A stretch of DNA of 64,000 bases from contig NC_068985.1 in assembly GCF_001194135.2 (NCBI RefSeq), positions 12,253,047 through 12,317,046 of the forward strand, written 5' to 3'. The translations under genes and the position numbers were made by a program. Positions 23,641 to 37,710 of the stretch are shown here, piece after piece. Below the pieces are notes generated by a model that was not told the DNA's origin, searched no databases, and saw nothing but the letters and a program-made list of their open reading frames with translations. This DNA is from Octopus bimaculoides (lineage: Eukaryota). Position 1 is the stretch's first letter; each line of letters opens with the position of its first letter.

Positions 23641-26600
23641 NNNNNNNNNNNNNNNNNNNNNNNNNNNNNNNNNNNNNNNNNNNNNNNNNNNNNNNNNNNN
23701 NNNNNNNNNNNNNNNNNNNNNNNNNNNNNNNNNNNNNNNNNNNNNNNNNNNNNNNNNNNNNNNNNNNNNNNNNNNNNNNNNNNNNTATATATATATATAT
23801 GTATGTATGTATGTATGTTGTGTATGTATATCGTCCACCTACCTTATTCTTTAAAAGTATGACACGAATTCTTTTCTGATTGATCATGACGGAAACGGTT
23901 GTTCAAAGCATACAATGTAATACGAATGTACGTAAGGAATTCCACAGACCATTTTTATTTGTAGTTGATTAGATTTAATATCTGTTTGGCTGAGCTTTAG
24001 TTTACCTACATTTCTTGGTTATATAAAACGTCCATGGCACTAGATTATTCGGAGATACAATATAAGAAATTTTAAATAATGAAAATCGATTCTAGATGAG
24101 AATAATTATGCGTCGATTGGCCATTACATGACAAGTGGTTGTCGTGGCGTAGTCTGATTTCTGGAGGGAGTTACTCAGTAATGGTGCAGTGTGAGATATT
24201 TCAGCGATATCAGCCATTTTCATTGGGATGCTACACCTAGTAAGTGAAACAAAGATGTTGCCGTCAGTCAGTCGTAATACTAGATGTAGTAGTATTTCAA
24301 CGATAAGTTTTACCACGTGGTATTTGTTTGTGTAACCGATATGTGTGATACTATTCAATATCTAAGGGCAGCATGTGTTGTGAATCGGTCAGGAATTCCT
24401 AGATTGGTATATTTACCTTTTCGGTGTTCAATGAGTATGTGAAGAAAGCGAACAATCTGTGGAAACAATAGAATTGTGAATTTGTCTATTGAAGGTAACT
24501 GATTGCTAGAGAAGGGCGTCTAGTTTGGCAAGATGGCAGAGTCAGCAACTATGTGCTCTAACAGACGTAAGATGTATTCATTGAAGCTTATTACATATGA
24601 TGCCAGGCAGTCTCATCAATGTTTCGGTGTCTCCAGAGGAAACGGGACATAGATGTGAAGTTATGTTTTACTGTCTGAGCACCAGATTGTGCGGATGCAT
24701 TTTAACTACGCTCACTTAGATTCACAGGCCATTATGTCCATCTTGTGTCACCCGTTACCGAATGTGGGTGTAAGGGTAGCTCCTGAGACCCTAGTTTTTT
24801 TTTAACGTTCAGTTGCTAACATTTCGAGGACACAAGTTAGTGTGTGAAGGGACGATTGCGAACTCGCCTGTTTCCGTCTGAAATAGCGTACTATACGATT
24901 AGTTACTCTTCGATCAAATTGTTTATGATATCTGGGAGATTTTGAATTGTTATTGTAACTAATATCAGGAATCTCTTTACAATATTTGGTGCGACATCTT
25001 GATACTGTGGAAGGTTAAGTGCAATTACCATTTTTATAATTCACGGTTTAGTAGCAGCTTGGGGTAAACTCCTATACACATTAGCTTATCAATAAGGTCA
25101 TTTCTTGCTGGTGACTCGTTATAATGACATATGACTTAGTTGACGTTTTCTCCACTCCCCAGTCGTTTGGGGTTTCTTGTCATGCATCTGAATATGTTTC
25201 TAATTACACCCATGGTTCTTTACAGAGTCTATAAATAGGTTTCCTATTTTGGCTTTCTAAATTGGTAATACTTGCTGGTCAAGAGGTCTATCGAGACGTC
25301 CATGGATTTGACACATCTTAAATAGTTGAAAAGAGGTACAGGCATGCTGAACACATTGAATATGTTTACTAGGTTTTTTTGCGAATCTATCCATGGAGTA
25401 GAAATTTCTTTAGGTGGCGAATTGACTTGATCTACTCTATTAAAGAAACTTGGATTTATGAAACTTAAGCATAATAGAGAAGGAACACAGAGAATCAATT
25501 CACAAATTTTCTAGCTTTAGAACAGAAAGTTTTTCTTCCTCTTCCGTGTATATGTCAATGTATGTTATATTGCAGGATATCTGGTATTATTATCGGTGTA
25601 AATAATTTTTTATATGTATAGAGATGTTTGTTACGTCTCCATTCCTTCTTTTGACGGAGAATGTATACATTTGGCGGCTGTTAAATGTGTATCAGATAAT
25701 TGATTAAAGCGTTAAGGGATGGGTTACGACGATGCCAAAATCTTACGTATTGATGACATTCATCAAATGAGCTTCGAAGTGATCAACTCGCTGTATCTCA
25801 TATGAGTGTCTTCTTGATTTAAAGACGAATTTCTCTGCGTGCACGCTGGTTTGCGCTTGGATTTTCTAAGAACTGAGATAGCATCAAATACGTTTGATCA
25901 CAGCTGTCATTTCCTCGAAAAGGTGTGGATTTGAACCATTTTAACGTGTTGAATTTTTGTGGATAGATATCTATCCATTATTAGAATCAGGACCACTAAT
26001 TCAAATGAGTGAACAGCCGAAGAAAAGTAGAACTTCATAAATTTGTTTGGCGTTACATGTATTTCATAATTTCGACTCAACTACACCCCTGTTTCGTAGG
26101 TGTAGAACATGTGTACATCATCAAAACAAAAAGAATGTAAACCTACACACCTTAACTCATGCGATAAGGCTTCATCGAGGGAGATGCTGCACCCATAAAT
26201 TTTGTGAAAACCTCAGAGAATTTGGGAAGAGATGAAGGAATACAGTCCAAGCAAGAACTCTCGAAATAAAGTTGACACGACAAAATTGTGAAATGTGATA
26301 ACATTCCACGCGAGTAGGAATATAGAAAAAAGTTGAAACTTCACTTGGAGTCGTTCAGACCGTTCATTTTTAAAGGTTTAACTGGTTTCACAGATTTTAC
26401 GGATTTCCAAAAGTTCAGTGAGATAGAAATATGTGGGTGACTGACGAAACTCCTTTGTTTCTTGCTGGAGTCCGTAATTTCTATAGTTTTATAGAGAGAA
26501 AATGGCTCAAAATAGTATCTGTGTAGAATACAATTCGATTGAAAAAAATGCTCACGTAATTAAGGCTGATGCGGGTGAGTGAACATGTGTATTGACAGTA

Positions 26601-27366
26601 CAAAACAATCAAGACCCCCAAATCGAATCTATCAAGTATGGTAGAGGATGATCAGGTGGTTAGGCTTAGAAATGTTTGCGTACCTTCCCTTACATCTTTG
26701 CGTTAATTTCATGTGACAATATTTTGTGGCGAAAAATTAAGGGTAACACCTTTGAGTGAAAGTTCCAGCTTAATTTCTTAGCCTAATCACGTGATTATTC
26801 TTTGTCAATGAAATTCTACCTTAAACATATACTAATTTGAGCCATTGAATTTCGTTCTCTCTACAAAGACGAGAATTTTCGAAGTGGAGTCAGAGGCTAG
26901 GGAGGTGCAACATAACATTAAGTCTTTCTAACCCATTTAACTTTTGAAAATACTAAAAATCTTTACGGTGCTTTATTTGGCTGAAAAGTGAGTCTATTAT
27001 ATTGTATTGTATGGTAATGTTATTTAAATTTTTTATAGAAAATTTGTTCACTAATCTCGGTTCTGTTAACGGCTAGGCGTTCCGTCGAATATCCTCTTAA
27101 GATGTAGCGATATTTTAAAATTTCGTCTCAGATGAAATAAGCTGATGATGACTAAGATACGAAACGTATTTTAGAAAGACCGGAACTTGGGTCCTAGATT
27201 ATCCATTCTATGTACACCATTTTAGGATCTTCTTCCTAGAGGGAAGACGAAATTTTTTTCAGCTCGCTACCCGGATAAATCTTTTCCAGCATACATTTCA
27301 GTGAAGCTTTACATAGCATCCTATCGATATCGACTGTTATTTCCAGAAAATATTGGTAGCTCACTG

Positions 27367-27479
27367 TTCTTCTTCTTCTTCTTCTTCTTCTTCTTCTTCT
27401 TCTTCTTCTTCTTCTTCTTCTTCTTCTTCTTCTTCTTCGTCTTCTTCTTCTTCTTCTTCTTCTTCTTCTTCTTCTTCTT

Positions 27480-27559
<80 letters not shown>
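27367..27559 (+). repeat. Compound microsatellite (TTC)n(TTA)n running into an assembly gap
   Basis: Direct reading. Confidence 0.95.
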
Positions 27560-27953
27560 NNNNNNNNNNNNNNNNNNNNNNNNNNNNNNNNNNNNNNNNN
27601 NNNNNNNNNNNNNNNNNNNNNNNNNNNNNNNNNNNNNNNNNNNNNNNNNNNNNNNNNNNNNNNNNNNNNNNNNNNNNNNNNNNNNNNNNNNNNNNNNNNN
27701 NNNNNNNNNNNNNNNNNNNNNNNNNNNNNNNNNNNNNNNNNNNNNNNNNNNNNNNNNNNNNNNNNNNNNNNNNNNNNNNNNNNNNNNNNNNNNNNNNNNN
27801 NNNNNNNNNNNNNNNNNNNNNNNNNNNNNNNNNNNNNNNNNNNNNNNNNNNNNNNNNNNNNNNNNNNNNNNNNNNNNNNNNNNNNNNNNNNNNNNNNNNN
27901 NNNNNNNNNNNNNNNNNNNNNNATATATATATTTATATATATATATATATATA

Positions 27954-28113
27954 GACGGCGGACTTCTTTCAGTTTCCATCTACGAAATCCACTTACAAGG
28001 CTTTTTTCGATCAGACGCTATAGTAGAAGACACTTGACCCAAGTTGCCTAGCATTGGGACTGAACCCGGAAGCATGTGGTTGGTAAGCAAGCTACTTAGG
28101 ACACAACCACTCT
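27954..28113 (-). mobile_element. SINE family A, 5' half
   Basis: Aligns to 13300-13457. Followed by (TA)n and an N gap. Confidence 0.8.
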
Positions 28114-29384
28114 TGTGCCTATATATGATATATATAAGCTTGCCTTCTAGAAATGCGAATCGACTTTATCTCTCTTAACACAAAATGAAAAATATGTTAT
28201 TTCACTACCAGATACCATCGCAGCTTATGAGTGATGGCTGCATAAACACTGAAGTAGGTTTTACATTCAGCCAAAATGATAAACACTTAAATTACATACT
28301 TTCAAGAAAAAGATCATATGATCTCTATTCAGAAATATTTACAGTCATCGCCACCAAGGCGAGTGCTTGAGCATTATAGATGATATCTCGTGATCAGATA
28401 TCTAGTCAGAATAAACCATAGATCTATTCAGAATAAACCATATCTTCCACACAAATTCCAAAAGCAGACGTTCTAGTTGGATGAGATGAAATAAAAGGCA
28501 ATCCACGATATCAACACTGCAATAATAATACGTGTGCAGTTTAGAATTTATCACACTATCTCTAACTCTTCAGGCTAGTCAGAGATATTGTTGAGTGAAG
28601 TGTGTAATCTACTCTCAACTGATCCAAGTGTATATGTTTTAAGTATACCCTGCTGAACGTAACTGTCTGCGTAACCAAATAGATGAAAATATTATTGCGC
28701 AATACTGAAATTATGAAGACGCTACCTAAATGGGAACCGGATGAAAATTTCGCCCTATAAATTATGTTTGCGAAATTCATTGAATTGTTTCAGGTCACGG
28801 AATTCATTTTCAATTCAGTAAGTTATTCATGAATATGAATAAGACATCTCTCCGAGAAATAGATCAATTATGCTACTCATGCCTAGCCTAACACATGAGC
28901 TTTAAAATTCGTAGTCATGATGATGAGTTTGTTACAGTACAGCTATTTAAGCCTTGCTGGTTCTTAATACTAGTATAATGAATGAAACCACCGACCAGCC
29001 AGCGGCATTGCCAAGAATTCGCCAGATAATTATTATATTAAATAATGGCAATAAATCAAATTTTTGACAATTTTATGTTATATTGATCTGATTGACTAAA
29101 ATTCTGATATATGTCAGATTCTGCTCATTAGGTGCGGCATATTTTAATTTCAAATGTCAAGAAAAGGGTGTTAATGAGATTAAGAACGTCATGCATGACC
29201 GAACGCTGCTTTCAAAGTGCAGCAGAATAATTCATTGTATTGAAAATTTGCCGAAATAGCTACTGAGATTTCTTATCTTCAACTCTTATTCGGCAATATG
29301 TTTAGGACACTTTAATATTATCATGGCTTTCATTGATATGAACGGGAATAAGCTGTCTTTTCGTTTTGCGAGTAAGGCATGTGC

Positions 29385-29436
<52 letters not shown>

Positions 29437-29480
29437 TTATCTATCTATATGTTTGTCTGTTTGTCTCTCCATCTGTCTGA

Positions 29481-29511
<31 letters not shown>

Positions 29512-29530
29512 TCTATCTATTTATCTAGGT
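29385..29530 (+). repeat. (TATC)n/(TGTC)n tetranucleotide microsatellite
   Basis: Direct reading. Confidence 0.9.
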
Positions 29531-29584
29531 ATCTAAATATTTATCCGTCTTATATATATATATATATACATATACACACACATT

Positions 29585-29737
29585 CGACGGACTTCTTTCA
29601 GTTTCAGTTTCCGTCTACCAAATCCACTCACAAGGGTTTGGTCGGCCCGAAGTCATAGTAGAAGACACTTCCCGAAGTCGCTACGCAGTGGGACTGTACC
29701 CGGAACCATGTGGATATGAAGCAAGCTTATTACCACA
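29585..29737 (-). mobile_element. SINE family A, 5' half
   Basis: Aligns to the family A head. On its own strand it is followed by (TA)n then (GATA)n instead of the 3' body, with no gap. Confidence 0.8.
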
Positions 29738-32700
29738 TATATATGCGTATATATGTATATATGTTTATGCGTGTATTTAACTTATGTGTCTTCGTGTTGG
29801 TTAATATGACATCGAAGGGTAAATTCATACCTTAGGCAAACTAACATTATGAATACATTTAACTCTACAAAAACTATTCAATCGCGCCATAAGTACTTAG
29901 TTGCTTTTTTACAATTTGAACAGCGATCCCCAATAATATATATATATATATGTTTTTGTGTGGTCGCTTGTATCGGTGAGAAAAAACTCAAAACTAGCTC
30001 AAAACTAGTCTACCGGAAAATATACGTTGCAGTATTTTTCTGCCAGAATTGTCTAGATACACCCTTGTCTCTCTTTTCCATCAGAAACTCAGTGAATTTA
30101 TGATTGGTCCGTTGGAAGTCTGTAAGCAACAAAAATATTTTTTTTACAATGTGCACGATATAAATAAAATAAGCATTGACCTCGATGTAATTGTCTCCTC
30201 CCAGATTTTTGCCTTGTGCCCGTTAGAAATCTTTATTTTTTATTATTAGACAAAATAATGATAAAATGAATTATACTAGTTTAAAAACAGTCTTCTTAAA
30301 TGTGACCCAATGAATAAATCATAAGTATTATAGCTGTGGCTCATAATGTTGTTATTCTTGTCATTGTTACTGTTTTCTTGTCTAATAATTTTCTTTTGTG
30401 TGTGCTAAACATATTTTTACAAAGTTTCTGTAATATTTTTTTTCTTTTTTTCTTTTATCAGTAATTCGTAGAAAAAAGTATTCACTCAACATGAATAAAA
30501 CGAGAAGAAAAAAATAAAGCGAATGTGAAAAAGATTGGTTTAAAATATAGATATTTTTAGCATGATAGGATAGAAAAGAATGTAAGAGGTATAGATTAAG
30601 TGCAAGGGAGAAAGATAAAGTGAGGAAGAAAGCGTTGATGTAGCAACAAAAATGTTTCTAAAATTTAAAAGACTTCCATTTAAACTATTACTAAAACACA
30701 TTGCTATAACAAGTGGGTAACTTTAGAACATTGGACGTTTACAATGTATAAGATTCTAATCTAACCATTTGCTTGGCATTTGCTCCCAAGTCTTCAAACA
30801 CACCCATCTCACGAAGGCTGCATTTTATGTTTATTTATTTTTCCGACATTTTATTGAGTTTAAAAAAGAAAGCAAAAGAAGTGTCATACGAAATCGTTTT
30901 AAACGTAACTTTTTAAAAATATGTTCCAAACTTCTTAAGTAAAAACCTAGTAAATACATTATTACTATGAGAGCATTCATGACGCCACCCCGAAATATTT
31001 CTTTAAAATGTGCAGTTTGTTAAACTGCGACAATATAATTGAATGTATATACATGATGCAGAAACACATACGTATATTTTCATATATGCATGTTTACATC
31101 AGATCATGTACAATATAATATGATATAATGTAACATATGACATAATGTATCACATCATATATGCATATGTGTGTGTGTTTTTGTGTGCGCATGTGTGTCC
31201 GCGCTTGAGTGTGTGCGCATGTATATCTCTGTGTGTGTGTATAATATGCTGAAAAATATTTCCCTAATTTCGGTTGTTTTTGAATGGTATGGCCTACATA
31301 ATTTTAAATAAAGCACCTTTAATTGCTGCCTTAGAAACGTTTTCTACTATGACACACCATACGGAGCTAAATCTGCATTTGTTAGATTGTAATTCTTTTC
31401 ATTTCTGTTTATTTCTAAACAATAGACGAGCGTTGCTAGACTCATACATTCCGTGTACGACTTTTCACGAATCAACGATTAGACTTATACAGAGATGCTC
31501 CATTTACGAGAAACAATTCAGCTACACTGTTTACATAACATCCTACTTTTTCTCCAGTTGAAAGCAACAGTACGTCATCTAGATATAATTTATGTACAAT
31601 AATAAGGTATGCTCATATTTGGGATGCTTCGATTCGAAGTTAATATCGACAACAAACATTTAGACTGCAAGAGGATAAAACACACAATTATAGCCATTTG
31701 TATTATTGGCTCACCACTGTAGCACTTTCTATATTCCATAAGACTGGGCTTCCGTTACTGCAATGTTTACGTATGATGAAGTTGTGTTTTATTGAAAGAC
31801 AACTGAAGTATGTCTATTTGATCTTATTCAGCACGCACATTTCACCGACTACTGCACTATCAAATATGTCTTTATTTCTATGGTGTCTGCTTTATTTTGA
31901 TAGATGTGCCTGCTATTCACGGAGATCGTATGAGCGCATTCAAGCTCTCTGTATATAATTACTTCATGTATTAAAATAGACGTGCACATCAGAGAGGTTG
32001 TCTCAAAATCTTTACGTATTTCCAATATTATCTAGAAGGAATTATTATAATGACGTCATTGCCATTAATGTTGAGATGTATATTGTTAACTTTCGATTAC
32101 TATATGTAAAAGGAAATGTTCTGCAACAATTCCTTTGTGTGTTGCTTGACAAATAATCCAGTTAAATTACGCGGATCTAATTACCTCCATTTTAACATAC
32201 AAGCCAAGTAGTATATATTGTAATAATGACTTACAAGAACAAAGCTGTCAATATGTGATCGAAGAGAAGTTGACATTTCTTAAACATATGGTTCAATATA
32301 TTTCAATTTATGGACGTTGATTTTCGAAAGATGCACTTCATTTTATATCAAGAGGAAGAAAATCAGATAAAGTTATCAGATAAAGTAATTTAAATTTCAA
32401 GTATATTCCATTTCTTTCCAATATATTAACTGACTTGGGTGCCAACTTTAACTTTCTGTGCAATGTATACTGTTCGCATTCTAAATTGTAACATTGCGCC
32501 AAATACAGGATTCAATATCCATTTTAATATTGCGCAAACATTAAGTATATTTGCATAGAATATTTCACCAACTACCGACATTTCAGCTTGATATGCTATT
32601 TAAGGAAATATATGCAAACACTAAGCAGTGCCGAAAAATAATTTCGTGCAAAAATAGTAATATTAATTATTGGTATTTGTTCCTATCAGTATAAGCGAAA

Positions 32701-32873
32701 TGTATTTCTATGTTCTGCATTCAACTCACACCTGTGTCAACTATATTTATATTATTACAGTCTTAGAAGAGATCAATTAAAAGGAGTTATTTCAGTTTCA
32801 ACGATGGTCATTTGACCTCGGATGTTCTGGTACAATTTTATATTATTGTTAGGCTCGCCGCCTTGCAATATTA

Positions 32874-33022
32874 ACAGAAACGTTAGCACGCCAGGTGAAA
32901 TGCTTGTGGGTATTTCCACTGTCTTTATGTTCTGAGTTCAAATTCCTCTGAGGTCGACATTGACTTTCATCCTTTCGGGGTCGATAAATTATCTACCAGT
33001 TGCGTACTGGGGTTGATCTAAT
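32874..33022 (+). mobile_element. SINE family D, partial copy
   Basis: CGTTAGCACGCCAGGTGAAATGCTT..GAGTTCAAATTCC..GGGGTCGATAAATT. Abuts the 3' end of the oppositely oriented LINE. Confidence 0.8.
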
Positions 33023-34081
33023 CATGAATGGATGTTGTTTTCACAGCGATAATGCTCTTCTCAGTACATGAGTCGTTCCAGTTAGCACGATTTTTTGCAC
33101 TTCCTGTAGGGATGGTAAGCCTGGTATCATTTTCAAATAGGTTTCAGTACCTTTTTTTTTATCATTCCTAGAGATCCTACAATCACTGGTATGGTAGTCG
33201 CCTTCAGGTGCCACATTTTTTCAATTTCTATTAGCAAGTCTTTATATTTACTGATCTTATCAAATTCTTTCGCCGCTATATTATGATCAGAGGGAATACT
33301 CATGTCAATTAATAAACACGTCTTCTTTGTCTGATCTTTCATAATAATATCCGGTTTATTAGCTTTTATAGTCTTGTCGGTATGTACGGGGAAGTCCCAG
33401 NNNNNNNNNNNNNNNNNNNNNNNNNNNNNNNNNNNNNNNNNNNNNNNNNNNNNNNNNNNNNNNNNNNNNNNNNNNNNNNNNNNNNNNNNNNNNNNNNNNN
33501 NNNNNNNNNNNNNNNNNNNNNNNNNNNNNNNNNNNNNNNNNNNNNNNNNNNNNNNNNNNNNNNNNNNNNNNNNNNNNNNNNNNNNNNNNNNNNNNNNNNN
33601 NNNNNNNNNNNNNNNNNNNNNNNNNNNNNNNNNNNNNNNNNNNNNNNNNNNNNNNNNNNNNNNNNNNNNNNNNNACGAGCCACATACTTGCCATGCAGAG
33701 GTTTCTGTTCCCATCTGCTAGCTAATATTTCATGTGCTTTTGTCTTTGCAATTAATTTTATTTTCTTTGCAGCATCAGTTGGCGCATGTCCTTCAACCTG
33801 ATCAAGCTGGTGGGTATCTAAGAGTTCGGTAGCGAATTTTTTGCTCTCTTTCAGAATAGAGTGAAGTTTTTTCGGTCTTTCATGTTTTTCAACAAGTTTC
33901 AGCATCCAATCGTTGGTTGTTTCAAGGTATTTGGCCAGTCCGATTGTGGTGGTTTTATACGTAAGTTCAAGCTGGATCAAGCTTCGACCTCCCTCAGCTC
34001 TGGGAAGGTAAAGACGATCCACGTCTGCCTTTGGATGGTGCATTTTATTACAAGTCAATAGCTTGCGGATTTTTCTATCAA

Positions 34082-34082
<1 letters not shown>
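33023..34082 (-). mobile_element. 5'-truncated RLE (R4/Dong-type) LINE, family A
   Basis: IDRKIRKLLTCNKMHHPKADVDRLYLPRAEGGR (RT C-terminus), WEQKPLHGKY, N gap over the zinc-knuckle region, WDFPVHTDKTIKANKPDII..LLIDMSIP..KEFDKISKYKDL (PD..D..K endonuclease), LQEVQKIVLTGTTHVLRRAL. Confidence 0.9.
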
Positions 34083-34175
<93 letters not shown>

Positions 34176-34200
34176 ACTACTACTACTACTACTACTACCT
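34083..34200 (+). repeat. Compound microsatellite (TTA)n(CTA)n(CTG)n(CTA)n between two LINE fragments
   Basis: Direct reading. Confidence 0.95.
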
Positions 34201-34690
34201 CTTGTTTTCGAGGACCATCCGGAGTATTCGAGCGGTTCCAAGCAGTGCTATTTTCTGCATATGCTCCATCCTTATTGCAGCCCCTATTTGTTCCATGTGC
34301 TTCTCGAGATTTTTACTCACTGTTCACAGGGCTACGACAATTATTGTCACTACTACTGTCCTCGTGCTTGACCACAGCTTAACCTCCCAAGTTATATCTA
34401 TTGATCTTTCTGTCTTCTTTATCGAATAACTCGTCAGCTGGATATGCTATGTCTATGATCCAGTATCGCTTGCTTTCTTTCTCAAATAACACTATGTCTG
34501 GTTTCCTATCCTCTATCTCAAGGACGCACTGTACCATAAAATCCTATAAGATATTTGTATTATCATTTTTGATGATGCCTTCGGGTTAATGTTCGTACCA
34601 CATGTTTGCTCTCTCAAGTCTATACTTGTTGCAAAGTGTCCAATGGAAATCATTGCTATATTGTCATGACGTTTCTTTTATTCTGTCAGT
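34201..34690 (-). mobile_element. 3' fragment of a second RLE LINE, family B
   Basis: KRHDNIA..HWTLCNKY..WYEH*PE..IL*DFMVQ..RKPDIVLFEK..WIIDIAYP..IIVVAL*TV..MQKIALLGTARILRMVL. Same clade as family A but a distinct sequence. Confidence 0.85.
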
Positions 34691-35929
34691 ATTTGTCTTC
34701 CATCTGGAATAAGTGGAATAATAAGTAAACAGAGCATTGCCATTACGGAATAGATTGATTTCCATTCCAAATTATGTTGTTTATTGTTATTTGAAAGGCG
34801 TATGCGAACAGATCTTTAGCAACTTCAGTTCATTTTTAAATATTACAATTCATTACTAGTTTTTAGGTATGGAGACTTAATATATGGTTTCTAATGTCGC
34901 TGAAGTCCACCTTTTTTTTTGTGGTGTGGATTAAATGCAGCAATATTCTTCAGCGAATATCTAACCAGTTGTGTAACAGGTTGTTTTCTCATCTTTAGAT
35001 TTTGTACAGGATTTTTTGTCTAATTAAGAAAATCAATATAAAATTAATATTTATAAATTGTATAGTGTTCATTTTGAAATGTAGAAATACATTTTACAAT
35101 GCAATGCGCATTCGCTTTATCTCATTTATATCCTGGAATGAACCGCTTATGCAATCAAATATTTACCGTTTCTCGTTTCATAAATATTTATATAAATATT
35201 ATATGAACTGTGTCCTTAAAATATTCACACTAGGCGCATACACAGTGTTAGATTATGTACTGAATTGTGTATATTATATCGCTGTACAACTGCCTTTTCT
35301 ACTATGGGGGACGGTTATGAAAATAGACCTGCTGCTGCCTATCTGCATATTACAACTAAGTAATAATGCAGATGGGCGCGGTTTCTTTCTAAAAGAACCC
35401 TTGCAAAGTTGTTAAAATGCATAAATGCGTGCAAATATGGATTTGATACTTCAGCGGCAGTCAGATATTTTCGTAGTCATATTGATGTTTTATTTTAATG
35501 TGTTTTCATGCTGTCCCTCGAATTTTCCGAATTTTCTTTTCTTTTTATTCTCTGTGTAGTGCTTTCACATTTTTCATTTCTTTTTATATCAAATAAACAT
35601 CCGAAATATATACAGACACATACTTGTGCGTACACGCACAGACATTAAAACTTACGCATATACACAGACGAATGCAGGCACATATTTGTGGAAGTATGTG
35701 TATGATTTGCTGGAATAAATGCGTGTATGCACATGTACATGTATATTCATTATTCTTGTACAATTTCCAAGTCATAAGCTACGGCTATGTCGGGAAAAAA
35801 TTGCTCGATGTATACGCATCAAAGCATTTTTGTATGTTTATATGTTTATGAATTAATATCATACGCCCAGAATTCTTGATTAATTCAAATTTCTTTCTGA
35901 GTGTGAGATATTCTCACTTTAACACTCTG

Positions 35930-36098
<169 letters not shown>

Positions 36099-36262
36099 GT
36101 TTCTGTTCGTTTTTCTTTTTTCTTCAAATTTTCTTCCATTTCTCGCCGAGTGTTTTCCGTACACCTAAGGCAGAGAAGCTCAATGGATGTGTTCCCAGTT
36201 TACACACGCAAATTCACAGGTAAAATATGTATTTCAAAAATAAATAAATAAATAAATAAATA

Positions 36263-36574
36263 CATGGATTGATGTTGCTTTCACAGAGATAATGCTCTTC
36301 TCCGTACATGAGTAGTTCCAGTTAACACGATTTTTTTGCATTTCCTGTAGGGAAACCTGGCATCATTTCGAAATAGGTTTCAGTACCTTTTTTTATCATT
36401 CCTAGACATCCTACAATCACTGGTACGGTAGTCGCCTTGAGGTGCCACATATTTTCAATTTCTATTAGCAAGTATTTATATTTACTGATCTTGTCAAATT
36501 CTTTCGCCGCTATATTATGATCGCAAGGAATACTTATGTCAATTAATAAAGACAACTTCTTTTTCTGATCTCTT
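36263..36574 (-). mobile_element. RLE LINE family A, short 3' end
   Basis: LLIDISIPCDHNIAAKEFDKISKYKYLLIEIENMWHLKATTVPVIVGCLGMIKK; closely matches 33023-33330. Confidence 0.9.
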
Positions 36575-36595
36575 TTGTTATTATTATTATTATTG

Positions 36596-36672
<77 letters not shown>

Positions 36673-36684
36673 GTTATTATTATT

Positions 36685-36938
36685 GCCTTTGCACAGCTTC
36701 TATTGCTGGAGACGTACTACAGTGTCAGATGTTCACTACTACAGAACTAAGGTAACATACCTTACTATTCGAGCACTTTCTGAAGTATTCAAGTGGTTCC
36801 AACTAGTGCTGTTTTCTGCAAGTGCTCCTCCCTTATCGCAGCCCCTATTTGTTCCACGTATTTCTCGAGACTGTTACTCACTGTTCCCAGGGCTCCGACA
36901 ATTATTGGTATTACTGCTACCTTTATTCATCGACCATA
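36685..36938 (-). mobile_element. RLE LINE family B, 3' end plus 3' UTR, flanked on both sides by (TAA)n
   Basis: LWSMNKVAVIPIIVGALGTVSNSLEKYVEQIGAAIREEHLQKTALVGT. (TTA)n on the plus strand at 36577-36684 and ~36940-36957. Confidence 0.85.
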
Positions 36939-37549
36939 ATATTATTATTATTATTATTTTTTTTTTTTTGCGATGATGAAAACTCTCGGCTGATAATTTC
37001 ACACAATTTTGTAATAATGTATCAAATTTAATTCACAAAGTTAGCCGATGTTTTGGTCATTTATTTTAAGGCACATGATCACTAAGCATGTTTCACACTA
37101 TTAGAACTCATTGCTAGACTATAGTCTACTAAAACGTGCAACTAAAGGGAAACACAATCCACTGTAATTGTTAGTACCTTTCAGAAATAAATATTTTCAA
37201 TTTAAGCTAATTAACACAAAATGACTTAAGAATAATTTATAATTTGTTAGAAAAACTGAAATTTTCTTTGCAAATGACAGAACATTTTTGAATATATTTG
37301 GCTGAAAAATCCGATCGCTTCTTTTCTACCCACTTATACCCGAATCCTTGAATCGTAGACAGAAAATTTCTTGCAATAACTAATTATCTATACTAACAAT
37401 TCTGTGAAAATATTGCTTGCGACTCAATGATTCATTTTCTCTATATACTCAATAGGACAACTTTAATCTTGTTCTCAGAAGTGATATTCGCTTACAGATG
37501 TATTAATTTATCACGCTGACTTGCAACTAGACGAGAGAAATATGCGTAA

Positions 37550-37710
37550 ATGTTATATCTCTCTTATTGAGAACGTATCTAAACAGCGTGATTACAATAA
37601 TTTCAAACATGATTTGCGACAAGCTATTCAGAACAGTTTGGTTTGTTAAAGCGTACAAACTGACAAATTTTGAAATAAATTACCATGGACAGTTACACCA
37701 AATATACTTG
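37550..37710 (+). repeat. 161-bp segment with an inverted paralog at 45633-45794
   Basis: About 10 mismatches by eye (~94%). ORFs 37567(+) and 45534(-) share MRTYLN.VITIISNMICDK.FRTVWFVKAY. Confidence 0.9.

Noticed and set aside
26047-26235. RRCRTC as a piggyBac cysteine-rich tail
   Set aside because: Only one CxxC pair, no TTAA-flanked TIRs and no transposase upstream.
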